A stretch of DNA of 64,000 nucleotides from a virus: IMG/VR virus record IMGVR_UViG_3300021168_000018; one strand, given 5' to 3'. Made by a program: the position numbers and the translations under genes. The notes beneath the pieces are model-generated. The model was not told the DNA's origin, made no database searches, and saw nothing but the letters and a program-made list of their open reading frames with translations. This document shows positions 55,487 to 64,000 of the stretch, piece by piece; position 1 is the first letter of the stretch; each line of letters opens with the position of its first letter.

Positions 55487-56092
55487 TTACTGGAGAAGGG
55501 TCGGCTTTTCCGGACTTGGCTTCCCAAGACCCTGTTTCTCGATAATGTCTGGCTCTAACGTATCTGTTGATTTGAGGGAGCGTGAGCCTTCCGACTGCGT
55601 TTGGGCCGAACCCGTACTCTGCTGCAAAGAACTCAAATACGGTATCCCAAAGGTGAGTGAAGCTGCTTCCATCAGCTTCTTTACCACCGGAAGGCTCTGC
55701 AAATTTTTTATTATGTCTTCGATTTCGTTCAACTGGACAAACGCTTTCACTAGCGCATTGGCCGTCGGTATGTCCAGATACTCCTCGACAAACTCTTTTG
55801 TCAGCCCTTCGTTGATTGGCTTCTTTGTGTCTGGATTTTTCGGATAAATCAACACGTCGAATATGACTTGAGACATATCCACTTTCGCGAGCACTCTGGT
55901 AACAAGAACCATTGGATTTGGAACTTTTCCCGGTTCTGTAGTTTGGATGGTGTCTCTAATCACATCGTTCGCGTTCTCTTCCAGCCAGTACATCACTTTG
56001 AATAAACGAGTAACTGGGAGGGGGAGCATCACTAAATCTCGCCCTCCCACGTTGACCGTCTTTCCCCGTTTCAACCATACGTCCAGAGACAT
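55487..56092 (-). CDS. Tail assembly chaperone (gpG-like)
   Basis: Between tail tube and TMP; RBS AAGGAGAA. Confidence 0.75.
   Translation of the reverse strand: MSLDVWLKRGKTVNVGGRDLVMLPLPVTRLFKVMYWLEENANDVIRDTIQTTEPGKVPNPMVLVTRVLAKVDMSQVIFDVLIYPKNPDTKKPINEGLTKEFVEEYLDIPTANALVKAFVQLNEIEDIIKNLQSLPVVKKLMEAASLTFGIPYLSSLQQSTGSAQTQSEGSRSLKSTDTLEPDIIEKQGLGKPSPEKPTLLQ
55703..55709 (-). other. -1 programmed frameshift heptamer A AAA AAT
   Basis: X XXY YYZ in the correct phase within I-K-N codons of the chaperone. Confidence 0.75.
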
Positions 56093-56101
56093 TTGTTCTC
56101 C

Positions 56102-56680
56102 TTACGTCAATGTTGGAGCAACGAATACGTCGAACTGTCCCAATTGCTGACCCGGCTGCTTTGTCAAATCGCTCTTGAACTCGAACACGGCGTCATAGAT
56201 TGTTTCCCGCTGTTCTGGAAACGGCACTCGGAGTTCAAGCGGTGGATAGACCTGCCAGCCGATGATGGCAATGTATCCACCTTCTGGTGTGGGATGCACG
56301 AACCTGAAGTTGGAAAACGGCAGGCGTGAAGAACCGCCGAATTGCTGGCTGGCTAAGACTCCACCACCAGACGGCGTTCCGAAGATGACGCTTTGTCCAC
56401 TCTGGAAGTTTCTGAAAAACAGCGATACGGATGACGCTTCCATTTCCAGTAGTGGGACAGTGACGTTGACTCTCTCTTCCAATGTGAACCGACGCAGAAG
56501 GACCAATGGGTTTCCACCCACCACGTCGTATGGACGGAGAGTATAGTTGAACGAAGCATCCCCCTTGATTTGGCCGAGGTTTGTAAACGGATTGCCGTAG
56601 TAAACCACGCCATTACCAAGCAAGATATTTCGCTGGTCTTGTAGCTGAAGAAGACCACTAGATTGCGGTATAAAACCCAT
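56102..56680 (-). CDS. Major tail tube protein
   Basis: NILLGNGVVY...LGQIKG...; position before the chaperone and TMP. Confidence 0.7.
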   Translation of the reverse strand: MGFIPQSSGLLQLQDQRNILLGNGVVYYGNPFTNLGQIKGDASFNYTLRPYDVVGGNPLVLLRRFTLEERVNVTVPLLEMEASSVSLFFRNFQSGQSVIFGTPSGGGVLASQQFGGSSRLPFSNFRFVHPTPEGGYIAIIGWQVYPPLELRVPFPEQRETIYDAVFEFKSDLTKQPGQQLGQFDVFVAPTLT

Positions 56681-56698
56681 CAGTTCTTCTCCTTTTTC

Positions 56699-57205
56699 TC
56701 AGTACCACTTATTGCTCAATGCTTCAACGCGATAAATGTTCGAGATACGATAAACTTTTGTCTGTGCATCGTATATGATTGGGCTGCGTTCCAGCTCGTA
56801 GCTTCTCTCAATCTGGACGTAACTGCTGCCCTTCGCCCCGCCTGACCAGTTGATATTCTGGAGAGCGCGATTCGTGTACTCATAGATGATGCTCACCACT
56901 CGCCGCCCATCCACGTTGGATGCGGAATCCCCACTGGCCCATATATCCACGGTCAAGCTTAGATGCCGCCAGACGTTGACTATGCCTTCTTGAGGACCTT
57001 CACAGTGGACCGCCATCATCAGAGTTGCGGCGTTGGAGCCAAAGTCCACGTACTCTCCAACAACGATATTTGGAACCTGTGTTTGACCATTTTCCACGAG
57101 AGGGTCTGTTATCAGCGGGAACAGACTCTGGATGTCAACAGGCAGCTGAGGGAACATACCGTTCCTCAAGAGATTGACAGCCAAGCGTGCGACCAATTCT
57201 GACAT
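56699..57205 (-). CDS. Tail terminator-like protein
   Basis: Position; LTVDIW and YRISNIYRV strands. Confidence 0.5.
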   Translation of the reverse strand: MSELVARLAVNLLRNGMFPQLPVDIQSLFPLITDPLVENGQTQVPNIVVGEYVDFGSNAATLMMAVHCEGPQEGIVNVWRHLSLTVDIWASGDSASNVDGRRVVSIIYEYTNRALQNINWSGGAKGSSYVQIERSYELERSPIIYDAQTKVYRISNIYRVEALSNKWY

Positions 57206-57622
57206 CTACGCTCCCTTGCAAAAATGAGTCGAACCGATTTGAATAGTCTCCACGACATTGCCCCATTCTGTTGGAGGCTTGGTCAGTGGAGGGTCATAGT
57301 AGAGTGTCGCTCCACTTGTCGGGTCTGGACCCGGAGATGCCAGTGCTTCATCAGCCGCCGCGAAACAGTCTACAGAGATGCTGTCCTCTTGCGGCCATTT
57401 GATTAGATTCGGGTCGCCAGGAGCGGTCATCCCAGAGAACTGCCACTTGTGAGTGATGACTTGCACTATGGTCTCTCCCCACCATCCGGGATGTGCCACT
57501 CGGTTTCTAATGACCCATCCCTTAGCCACTCTAATGACGTGGGACTGGTCCCTGCCTTCTCTCCACAAGTCTATCGCTAACAGCACGGCTGGATAGTTTT
57601 CAAAGCTGCTCATGTTATCCAA
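57206..57622 (-). CDS. Cell-wall hydrolase, SleB/CwlJ (Hydrolase_2) family
   Basis: LWREGR, VIRNRV, KWQFS, DPTSGATLYY, IGSTHF. Confidence 0.8.
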   Translation of the reverse strand: MDNMSSFENYPAVLLAIDLWREGRDQSHVIRVAKGWVIRNRVAHPGWWGETIVQVITHKWQFSGMTAPGDPNLIKWPQEDSISVDCFAAADEALASPGPDPTSGATLYYDPPLTKPPTEWGNVVETIQIGSTHFCKGA

Positions 57623-58124
57623 TCTGACGGGCTGAGGCAGCGCCTATCGTCATCTTGTAATTCAATTTCGCAAGTCTCTCTGTAATCGGGCTCCAATACT
57701 TGTCCTTGATGTCGTTGAACGATTTCTCATGAAACCGGCGTGGACGCATTCTGGAAGTGCCCCAGATTAGATACGGGGCGATAGGGTCATTGGTCGTCAC
57801 ATAGACCGTGAAGCGTCTAGACGTGACCTCTTCTGGTAGACTAGCCTTGATGCTCTTTCGCAGCTTGCCACTCTGTTCGTGTATCAGCCTGTCGTCGTGT
57901 GGAGTATCTTTTGGCTTGTTCACACTGTAAGGATGGCCTAGAGCAGCCAGTTCTTGCAGCGTGTGGTCGTCTAGACTTAGATTCTTGTCGACCTGCTTCA
58001 TGTAGTTCTTGGACACTTCACCAAGTCCTTCGAGAATGGCTTCTTGGACCAGTTTGCTGACCGTTCCAGATTTGACAATGAGCTGGAAGCCAGCTTTCGT
58101 CACGACTTTGTCACTGAGCGCCAT
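57615..58124 (-). CDS. Neck / tail-completion protein (HK97 gp10-like)
   Basis: SGKLRKSI, WGTSRMRPRRF. Confidence 0.6.
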   Translation of the reverse strand: MALSDKVVTKAGFQLIVKSGTVSKLVQEAILEGLGEVSKNYMKQVDKNLSLDDHTLQELAALGHPYSVNKPKDTPHDDRLIHEQSGKLRKSIKASLPEEVTSRRFTVYVTTNDPIAPYLIWGTSRMRPRRFHEKSFNDIKDKYWSPITERLAKLNYKMTIGAASARQIG

Positions 58125-58610
58125 TTACGGTCCTATCTCAATTCCCAAACCAGAGCGATTGGTGCGACGTAGAATAGTGTGGTACCAGACTTGATTCGCC
58201 GCGACGCCCCATGTCACAGGTTCTAGCTGGTCAGCCACTTCCCACAACTTGCCGTTCCATTCTACGATGTCGCCGGCATATTCGTCATTGACCACTTTGT
58301 TTACGAGCGTGTAGGCTGCCGTATAGCCTCTGAGCAAGAATTCGCTGTAGACGTCTAGGTCACTGACCGTGAAATACCCGCCTTTGATGAGGTCGATGCT
58401 TTTCAACGCTGACAGCCAGACGTACTCGAATCGGACAGTCCATTTCGGCTTGCGGAAAGTTTCGTCAGGCTTCGTCACATTACCTTGCTTGTCGTAGCCT
58501 TGAAATATGTAGACCTTGACTCGCTTCTGGTTCTTGCCGGACGATTCCAGCCACGCCTTGCGAGCGTTGTCGTAATCCCCGATACCTCCCCAATTTCCCA
58601 AGTCGCCCAT
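58125..58610 (-). CDS. Head-closure-like protein
   Basis: GDIVEWNGKLWEV; position in the neck block. Confidence 0.5.
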   Translation of the reverse strand: MGDLGNWGGIGDYDNARKAWLESSGKNQKRVKVYIFQGYDKQGNVTKPDETFRKPKWTVRFEYVWLSALKSIDLIKGGYFTVSDLDVYSEFLLRGYTAAYTLVNKVVNDEYAGDIVEWNGKLWEVADQLEPVTWGVAANQVWYHTILRRTNRSGLGIEIGP

Positions 58611-58613
58611 AGA

Positions 58614-59351
58614 TCACCTAGACGGCGTCCACTCTGGTAATACGAAACCAGTCGGTGTAGCAATTGACGGTCTGTACTGACGGCCCTGCCCTTTATAGAA
58701 ATCGTCGCGTGTGTTATACGCTTTCGCTTGCAATTTCACAGCGATTTCTGAAAACGATTTCGCCATTTGTGATGGACTGAAACTTTGGTCCCCGGCGCTC
58801 GTATCATAGCGAGTAGAAAATCTGGTCGCTAGAGCGCTCGCTATGAACGACGCCGCTAACTGTGTGATAGCATTGAACAGGCCATCAGGGACATCCGATG
58901 GAGCAGTTCCATTCACAGGCAACGGTTCACAGTTTGCGATAGTTGGAGCACCTGTGTAATATTGAGTGTAGCCGATTTCATTAGCAGCTCTATTAAGCTG
59001 ATGGTCCCACTCTACGTCGTCCATCCACGTGTAATTGAATGTGACGTCTACAGAGTCCCCATCGCCAGGAGTCGTTGTAGAAATGAAATTCACGATACCG
59101 TTCTTTGGGTCTGGCACGGTGTAATCTGCGTTGAAATTCATCGGAGCATTGTTCTTGTAGATTTGTGGGAACAGGCTTTTCCCGTTGTAGGTCTGAATCA
59201 CGAGACGTTGCTGTGGAATCTGAAATACAAGATTAGTTCCGTCTTGGACTCCCTGTAACGGCTTGAAACGGAACACGATTTTGCTGTCATACTGGTCGTC
59301 GATATTGTTTCTGGCAGCGTTAATTCCGGCTTGTTGTGAGTATAGAGACAT
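58614..59351 (-). CDS. Head-tail adaptor-like protein
   Basis: Position; AGDQSFSPSQMAK-type adaptor end and an internal beta domain. Confidence 0.5.
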   Translation of the reverse strand: MSLYSQQAGINAARNNIDDQYDSKIVFRFKPLQGVQDGTNLVFQIPQQRLVIQTYNGKSLFPQIYKNNAPMNFNADYTVPDPKNGIVNFISTTTPGDGDSVDVTFNYTWMDDVEWDHQLNRAANEIGYTQYYTGAPTIANCEPLPVNGTAPSDVPDGLFNAITQLAASFIASALATRFSTRYDTSAGDQSFSPSQMAKSFSEIAVKLQAKAYNTRDDFYKGQGRQYRPSIATPTGFVLPEWTPSR

Positions 59352-59353
59352 GG

Positions 59354-59674
59354 CTAAATCGAATTCACCACGAAAGCGTAGGTCGGTGTTACGATACCGC
59401 CTATCGTGACATTGATTCCTGTCGGATGTAATTTCTGGTGTAGACCTTGGTGCTCTACAGTGATATCGCTAGCTCCGGTCGTAGTGGTAGTCGTTATAGA
59501 AAATGTCCCATCTCCGTTGTCATGCATCAAAATTCTAGTGCCTTCCCATTCTATCGAACTGTCAGCCACGCCAGCACCTCCAGAAATATCGTGAGTTGAA
59601 ATAGAAAAAGTACCGTCTCCATTGTCGTGCATCTTGATATGGAGGCCTTCTTTTTCTATGGTCTTGTCAGCCAT
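59354..59674 (-). CDS. Small protein with three internal repeats
   Basis: HDNGDGTFSI twice plus a degenerate third unit. Confidence 0.6.
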   Translation of the reverse strand: MADKTIEKEGLHIKMHDNGDGTFSISTHDISGGAGVADSSIEWEGTRILMHDNGDGTFSITTTTTTGASDITVEHQGLHQKLHPTGINVTIGGIVTPTYAFVVNSI

Positions 59675-60002
59675 CGCGTCTTCGTCTTTCCGGCCCAGGA
59701 TAGTCCTGAGAGAGGTCAGCGCTTCTCACGAACACGGTTTTGTCTTCCAATTTTTCCAACCGGCGCTCTGCGGCTTCTGCTAGAGTTTTCAATCTCTCGT
59801 TGCCGACTTTTAGTTCGCTGATCATGACTTCTCGAGATTTTGTTTCCTGCTCGTGTGTCTTTTTCCACGCATCAAATCCGTTCATTCTCTCACCTAGAAG
59901 CTTCACCGCAACGTATTGTGACCCGAGAAACCCTGCTATTAGAATCCCCCATGTGATGATATTTGAAAGAGAAACATCCCAGAACAGATTGACCGGTGGC
60001 AT
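59667..60002 (-). CDS. Single-TM coiled-coil protein
   Basis: ATG at 60002 after AGGAGAA; TM segment IITWGILIAGFLG. Confidence 0.55.
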   Translation of the reverse strand: MPPVNLFWDVSLSNIITWGILIAGFLGSQYVAVKLLGERMNGFDAWKKTHEQETKSREVMISELKVGNERLKTLAEAAERRLEKLEDKTVFVRSADLSQDYPGPERRRRDG

Positions 60003-60010
60003 TATTTCTC

Positions 60011-60598
60011 CTATGGTTTTTTCGACAGAAGCACGAGCGCTGTTACAATCCAACCAGCTACCATCCCTACGATTATCAGCACCTGAGAGAAAGTCCATTT
60101 GTTCTGTGTACTACTAGATTCGGTAGCTGCGGCTTTTCCCAAACCGTACTGACCTGAGCCTTCGAGAGTTTGAACCCTAGATTTCAATTCTTCTAGCGCC
60201 TTCTCTGACGCTGTGAATAGACCCACAATCTCTGGCCTCAGCATCAGCTTGGCAATCAAATCATTAAGCGTGTTTCTCCATTCATTCGATTGAGCCTTGT
60301 AAAGTGTTAATTGGACCTGTGCCTCAGCGAGTGCTTCTTTCGCTGCGATAAACGCCGCTGTAGTCAGTTTGTCTTGTGCGACCAGAGCAGCGGCGACTGC
60401 TTTTTCTGCTGCTGCTAGAGCCGCCGCGACCGCTTCTTTAGCAGCGAGAAATTGAGCATCCGTCCGCTTATCAGATTCAGAAATGAGTTTTTCAACATAC
60501 TGACGTAAACTTACAGTAGATTGCTCACTGTCGTAATTTGCGTCATGCTGTTCTTTTCCCATTGCGCTCTGGTCCTCAGTGATGGTTTCTACTAGCAC
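60011..60598 (-). CDS. Coiled-coil protein with C-terminal TM helix
   Basis: Ala-rich helix; C-terminal VLIIVGMVAGWIVTALVLL. Confidence 0.55.
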   Translation of the reverse strand: MLVETITEDQSAMGKEQHDANYDSEQSTVSLRQYVEKLISESDKRTDAQFLAAKEAVAAALAAAEKAVAAALVAQDKLTTAAFIAAKEALAEAQVQLTLYKAQSNEWRNTLNDLIAKLMLRPEIVGLFTASEKALEELKSRVQTLEGSGQYGLGKAAATESSSTQNKWTFSQVLIIVGMVAGWIVTALVLLSKKP

Positions 60599-60599
60599 A

Positions 60600-61802
60600 C
60601 TAAGAATTACTTTCTAAGAGTTCTGTTATTTTGCTCGCTACTACGTCTGGTGAAAGCTGTGCTAGACATGGAGGAACAGAGCCAGCAGATCGGCAACTAC
60701 CAGTGTCTATGAAGCACCCCGTCGTACAAGACTTCTCGCCGTTCTCTAGCAATCCAGTCACATATGGAACACGCATCCCATGCGCTGTAGGGAAGTAATG
60801 AAGAAACGGCTCCCACTCATGGGGTCCATACGTCACTAGACATTTCCCGCCTCTAGATGCCTTCGCATACAAGAGGCCCGTATCCGAGCTACAATTTAGG
60901 TGTGATTGTATGACCATCGCTGCTGACTCTCTTAGCGAAAATGCTCCTGATAGATTAGCGATATTTGTGCCCATCCACGGCTCGCCTTTTCGCACGTGAG
61001 AATCGAGCACTATCCAGAAGTAGTTTCTAGAGCACAGTCTCACAACCTCTTTCCAGTACGGATAATCCTTGTACATCGTGCTGGCGTGGGGCAGGAGAGT
61101 TATGACCTTGAAACCCTTGTTCTTGATAGGCGTTAGGAGCCTGTCTGCCAGCGTGAGTTCTTGCTCAGTAGGATAGTAGTAGACCGTGCGCTCTTCTCTG
61201 GTCATATCTTCTGGGCCGACATGAGCGTGCTGGCAATACATGTCCAGTGCGATATGCTTGTAACGCTGGATTACTGAATGACTGGCCTGCTTGACGAAAT
61301 CTTGTTCATCAGCGTTCAGTTCGCTAGGGTTTTTCCTGAGCAGAGAAACCATGAATTCGTTGAGCTGAGGCTTTGTCCTGAGGTGGATTTTGTAGTCTAG
61401 ACCACCCTTGAGCGGCACATCATAGTTCAGCCAGTACCAGTCCTCTGTCATGGAATCGAACATATCCTCAGTGGCGTCGTAGTCCAGGAAATGCAGCACT
61501 CTGTCGATGTACGGATTCCCTTTCAGGATATCTGGATAGCGACAGATGTAGACTATGGTACATTTTGGGAATTTCTTCTTGAGACCGTACATGGCGGGTG
61601 TAGAATATAGAACGTCTCCAAGTCCCCACGTGTGATTCACGACCACTGTTTTCCCGTTGAGATCGGTGTCCTTTGTGAATTCTTTCCTGAGAGCAAGCCT
61701 CTTCCTGTAATTTCCCCACTCGTAGTGCCTTACTTTTTGGCCGAGAACGTTTGTGATAATTTCTGCTTTAGAGATAGGGATGCTTGGTGGTACTTCCTGC
61801 AT
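60600..61802 (-). CDS. GT-B glycosyltransferase, GT9 (heptosyltransferase-like)
   Basis: WGLGDVLYSTPAMYGLKKKFP, SLRESAAMV, SSDTGLLY, Cys-rich C-terminus. Confidence 0.8.
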   Translation of the reverse strand: MQEVPPSIPISKAEIITNVLGQKVRHYEWGNYRKRLALRKEFTKDTDLNGKTVVVNHTWGLGDVLYSTPAMYGLKKKFPKCTIVYICRYPDILKGNPYIDRVLHFLDYDATEDMFDSMTEDWYWLNYDVPLKGGLDYKIHLRTKPQLNEFMVSLLRKNPSELNADEQDFVKQASHSVIQRYKHIALDMYCQHAHVGPEDMTREERTVYYYPTEQELTLADRLLTPIKNKGFKVITLLPHASTMYKDYPYWKEVVRLCSRNYFWIVLDSHVRKGEPWMGTNIANLSGAFSLRESAAMVIQSHLNCSSDTGLLYAKASRGGKCLVTYGPHEWEPFLHYFPTAHGMRVPYVTGLLENGEKSCTTGCFIDTGSCRSAGSVPPCLAQLSPDVVASKITELLESNS

Positions 61803-62677
61803 GACTTATCCTCCAAGAATTTCAGTTCATTGGCCTTGAACAACTCGAACGCTGTTTCTGGTGTAGAAAACATGGCGTGGCACGTTTGCCCACTCGCATA
61901 GTTTTCTGGGTCGCAGAACGTACCGCGCATAGACTTTAGATTTGGCGGGAACCACATCGTATGCGGCGTATCTACTACATCAGCCAGGAACCCTAGGCCA
62001 GACGGGAACACAAAGAAGTAGTCTAGCTGGCGGATTATCTCAACAGTCGCGCCAATATGGAAAGCGCCGAGAGTGAGATAGGATGGTATATTATTCGAGA
62101 GCATCCACATGTGAAGCAACTCAGCAATTTGCAAATCATACTCCGCTCCTAGGAAGACGAACTGGGAATCTTTAGGAACGACTTTGATGACCAACTCTAG
62201 AAACTTTCGCCACTCCTCATAGGTCCAAAATCCCCAATGACGAGCGTTGCCATACGCTGAACAGTAGACACCGATTACTGGAGAGTCTTGCAGCCACACG
62301 CTATTTAGAAATTCTTCAGCATGTGAAATATACTTCTTGTTGTCCATCTCGTAATGGTAGCTAGTTTCGCCAGGAATCCAGTCTGCCACAAGATAGCCAT
62401 CCTCTAGCCACTGATTGATTGACAGGAAGTAGTCCCCGTCTGGCAGTGAAGCTAAGTCAGTACCTGGAGGCAGCGTCTGTGTTACTGAAATCATGGCGTT
62501 GTGACCGGCGTACCCACCGTTCTTGACTCCAGGCAAGATATCTAGGAATGGGGACATTCTGTTTGGGCTGTCGTTGGCGGGTTTGATGACCATTTCTCTG
62601 TCTATGTTGCACAATTTTTGATACATAGCAGAGAAATCGCCTATGCCTGGAGGGACGTAGAACGTTAGGCTCACCAT
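61730..62677 (-). CDS. GT9-like glycosyltransferase
   Basis: PPGIGDF, FVFLGAEYD, FVFPSGLGFLA. Confidence 0.65.
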   Translation of the reverse strand: MVSLTFYVPPGIGDFSAMYQKLCNIDREMVIKPANDSPNRMSPFLDILPGVKNGGYAGHNAMISVTQTLPPGTDLASLPDGDYFLSINQWLEDGYLVADWIPGETSYHYEMDNKKYISHAEEFLNSVWLQDSPVIGVYCSAYGNARHWGFWTYEEWRKFLELVIKVVPKDSQFVFLGAEYDLQIAELLHMWMLSNNIPSYLTLGAFHIGATVEIIRQLDYFFVFPSGLGFLADVVDTPHTMWFPPNLKSMRGTFCDPENYASGQTCHAMFSTPETAFELFKANELKFLEDKSCRKYHQASLSLKQKLSQTFSAKK

Positions 62678-63618
62678 CCCCTCCTGACTATCTCATCACA
62701 GATATATTTCACATCATGCCTCCCATAGTAGAGTGCCATGTGCTTTCCAGAAGCTATCATATCTGGAGGGGACCATGCGCCGTTCATTTTCTCGTCGAAT
62801 GACCCATAGAATTCATCAGAGATAGAATCCCCTTTCTGTCTCCAGAATATGGCTGTAGGGATTCTTAGATATTCTGCGACTATCCCTATTCCAGATTGGT
62901 AAGAGACTACAAATCTAGACTTAGAAATAATCGAATAGGTCTCATCGATTCCAGTTCTCCCTATAAGATCAAGCCAAGAATCGGAATCACGATACGCGTG
63001 AATATACTCTTGAAAATAGCTCTTGTCATACTCTGCGCCAACGACAACGATTCCAAGCCTTAACTCTTCTTGTATAAACTTCCCGAGTGCTATCCAATCT
63101 TCAGGTTTCCAAATAGGTCCTCTATTGTGCCCTGCTTTCGTATTACCAACTAGAGGTCCCATATAGAACACGCAATACTGCCCTAATGAATTTTCGATTT
63201 CCAATCCACGTCTTGAAGCCAATTGTGTTATTTTGAAATGCTCCATCACGTTCCAGTTTGTCTTGTATTCTGGCAGCCAATCCTCAAGACGAATCCCGCG
63301 TTCCATAGCGGCATTCGGCATCAGGGTCCAATCAATCCCTTTCACAGAATCAGGACCATCGGGTATATATCTGAAATGCCCATCGACGTCTGTAAGGATT
63401 TCTCTGGGCGGCTGTATTATGTCCACCCTCTTCATGCCGAAAGTGTTTACGAAATCGAATCCCAGAATAAAATCCATTGCACGGCATTCTCTTACGTCGC
63501 TACTACCGACGTTTATGACTATGTCGATAGTCTTGTCCCCAAAAGACTCTGCTATAGACTGAACCTTCGTAAGTGCCCATATAGAATCTCCAATGCCCTG
63601 TGGCACCAAAAATTTCAT
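62671..63618 (-). CDS. GT9-like glycosyltransferase
   Basis: PQGIGDS, VVVGAEYD, LIGRTGIDET, VSYQSGIG. Confidence 0.7.
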   Translation of the reverse strand: MKFLVPQGIGDSIWALTKVQSIAESFGDKTIDIVINVGSSDVRECRAMDFILGFDFVNTFGMKRVDIIQPPREILTDVDGHFRYIPDGPDSVKGIDWTLMPNAAMERGIRLEDWLPEYKTNWNVMEHFKITQLASRRGLEIENSLGQYCVFYMGPLVGNTKAGHNRGPIWKPEDWIALGKFIQEELRLGIVVVGAEYDKSYFQEYIHAYRDSDSWLDLIGRTGIDETYSIISKSRFVVSYQSGIGIVAEYLRIPTAIFWRQKGDSISDEFYGSFDEKMNGAWSPPDMIASGKHMALYYGRHDVKYICDEIVRRGW

Positions 63619-64000
63619 GCTTCTTCCTTTTCTAAATGCAAGAGTGTGTTACCGCCTTGAGTCTCTGGAAAATCAAATCTCTTTACATGCAGATTCAGAG
63701 CAATGGGAGATATAACAGCATCCCCAACCCCTTGGTCAACCGTATCCGCATTAGAATCGTCTACGAGTATCCAACGAATACCTGAAGTAATCGCCGTAAG
63801 CACATCATGACGAGTACACTCTCTAGAGTGGCAAGCGTCTATATGGATAAAATCTACAGATGGGAACAAATGAATCCTTTGGCTATCTCCGACTAAGATA
63901 GTAGCTTTGAATCCCAGTTCTTCAAACCAATGTTCTGCCGTAGAGATGTAACTGAGCCCGTCTTCAGTCACGCCGTCGCAATCACTGTCTATTCCTAGAT
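63615..64000 (-). CDS. Class I SAM methyltransferase, C-terminal part (runs off the right edge)
   Basis: Frame is open to the edge (LGIDSDCDGV...); DFIHIDACH...ILVDD. Confidence 0.6.
   Translation of the reverse strand, partial: LGIDSDCDGVTEDGLSYISTAEHWFEELGFKATILVGDSQRIHLFPSVDFIHIDACHSRECTRHDVLTAITSGIRWILVDDSNADTVDQGVGDAVISPIALNLHVKRFDFPETQGGNTLLHLEKEEA

Noticed and set aside
23-63660. All plus-strand ORFs in the track
   Set aside because: Each is antisense to a better-supported minus-strand gene, lacks a clear RBS and shows no recognisable motif.

Overview
A 64-kb segment of a large tailed-phage genome. It is probably a siphovirus: an 826-aa tape measure and a tail-tube gene are present, with no sheath in the window. 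Every credible gene is on the minus strand and reads with the standard code. In transcription order (right to left) the window holds: a methyltransferase and three GT-B/GT9-like glycosyltransferases; neck, tail-tube, chaperone (with a -1 frameshift), tape-measure and tail-tip genes; SF2 helicase, DnaB helicase and primase; a ~1.3-kb structured non-coding region carrying an HNH ORF in a loop, preceded by a sigma70 promoter, an rrn-type boxA and a degenerate LAGLIDADG gene; small accessory genes, FtsK, HU, a sigma-like factor and a very acidic protein; a thymidine-hypermodification cluster (dUMP hydroxymethylase-like, 5-hmdU DNA kinase-like, three TAGT/base-J-type glycosyltransferases, radical SAM-SPASM); UDG-fused PolA, SSB, RecA, flap exonuclease, SbcCD, a second sigma-like factor and a resolvase; a terminase split into ATPase and nuclease genes around an ADP-ribosyltransferase; and the start of the probable portal gene. 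The most striking unexplained signals are: (1) the peptide RFPR, present 15 times in 10 unrelated non-virion proteins with varied codons; (2) the large structured RNA candidate with an embedded HNH; (3) the unusual base-modification gene set; (4) a 13-bp motif at a fixed distance upstream of four genes. All product calls come from motif recognition by eye; no database searches were run.
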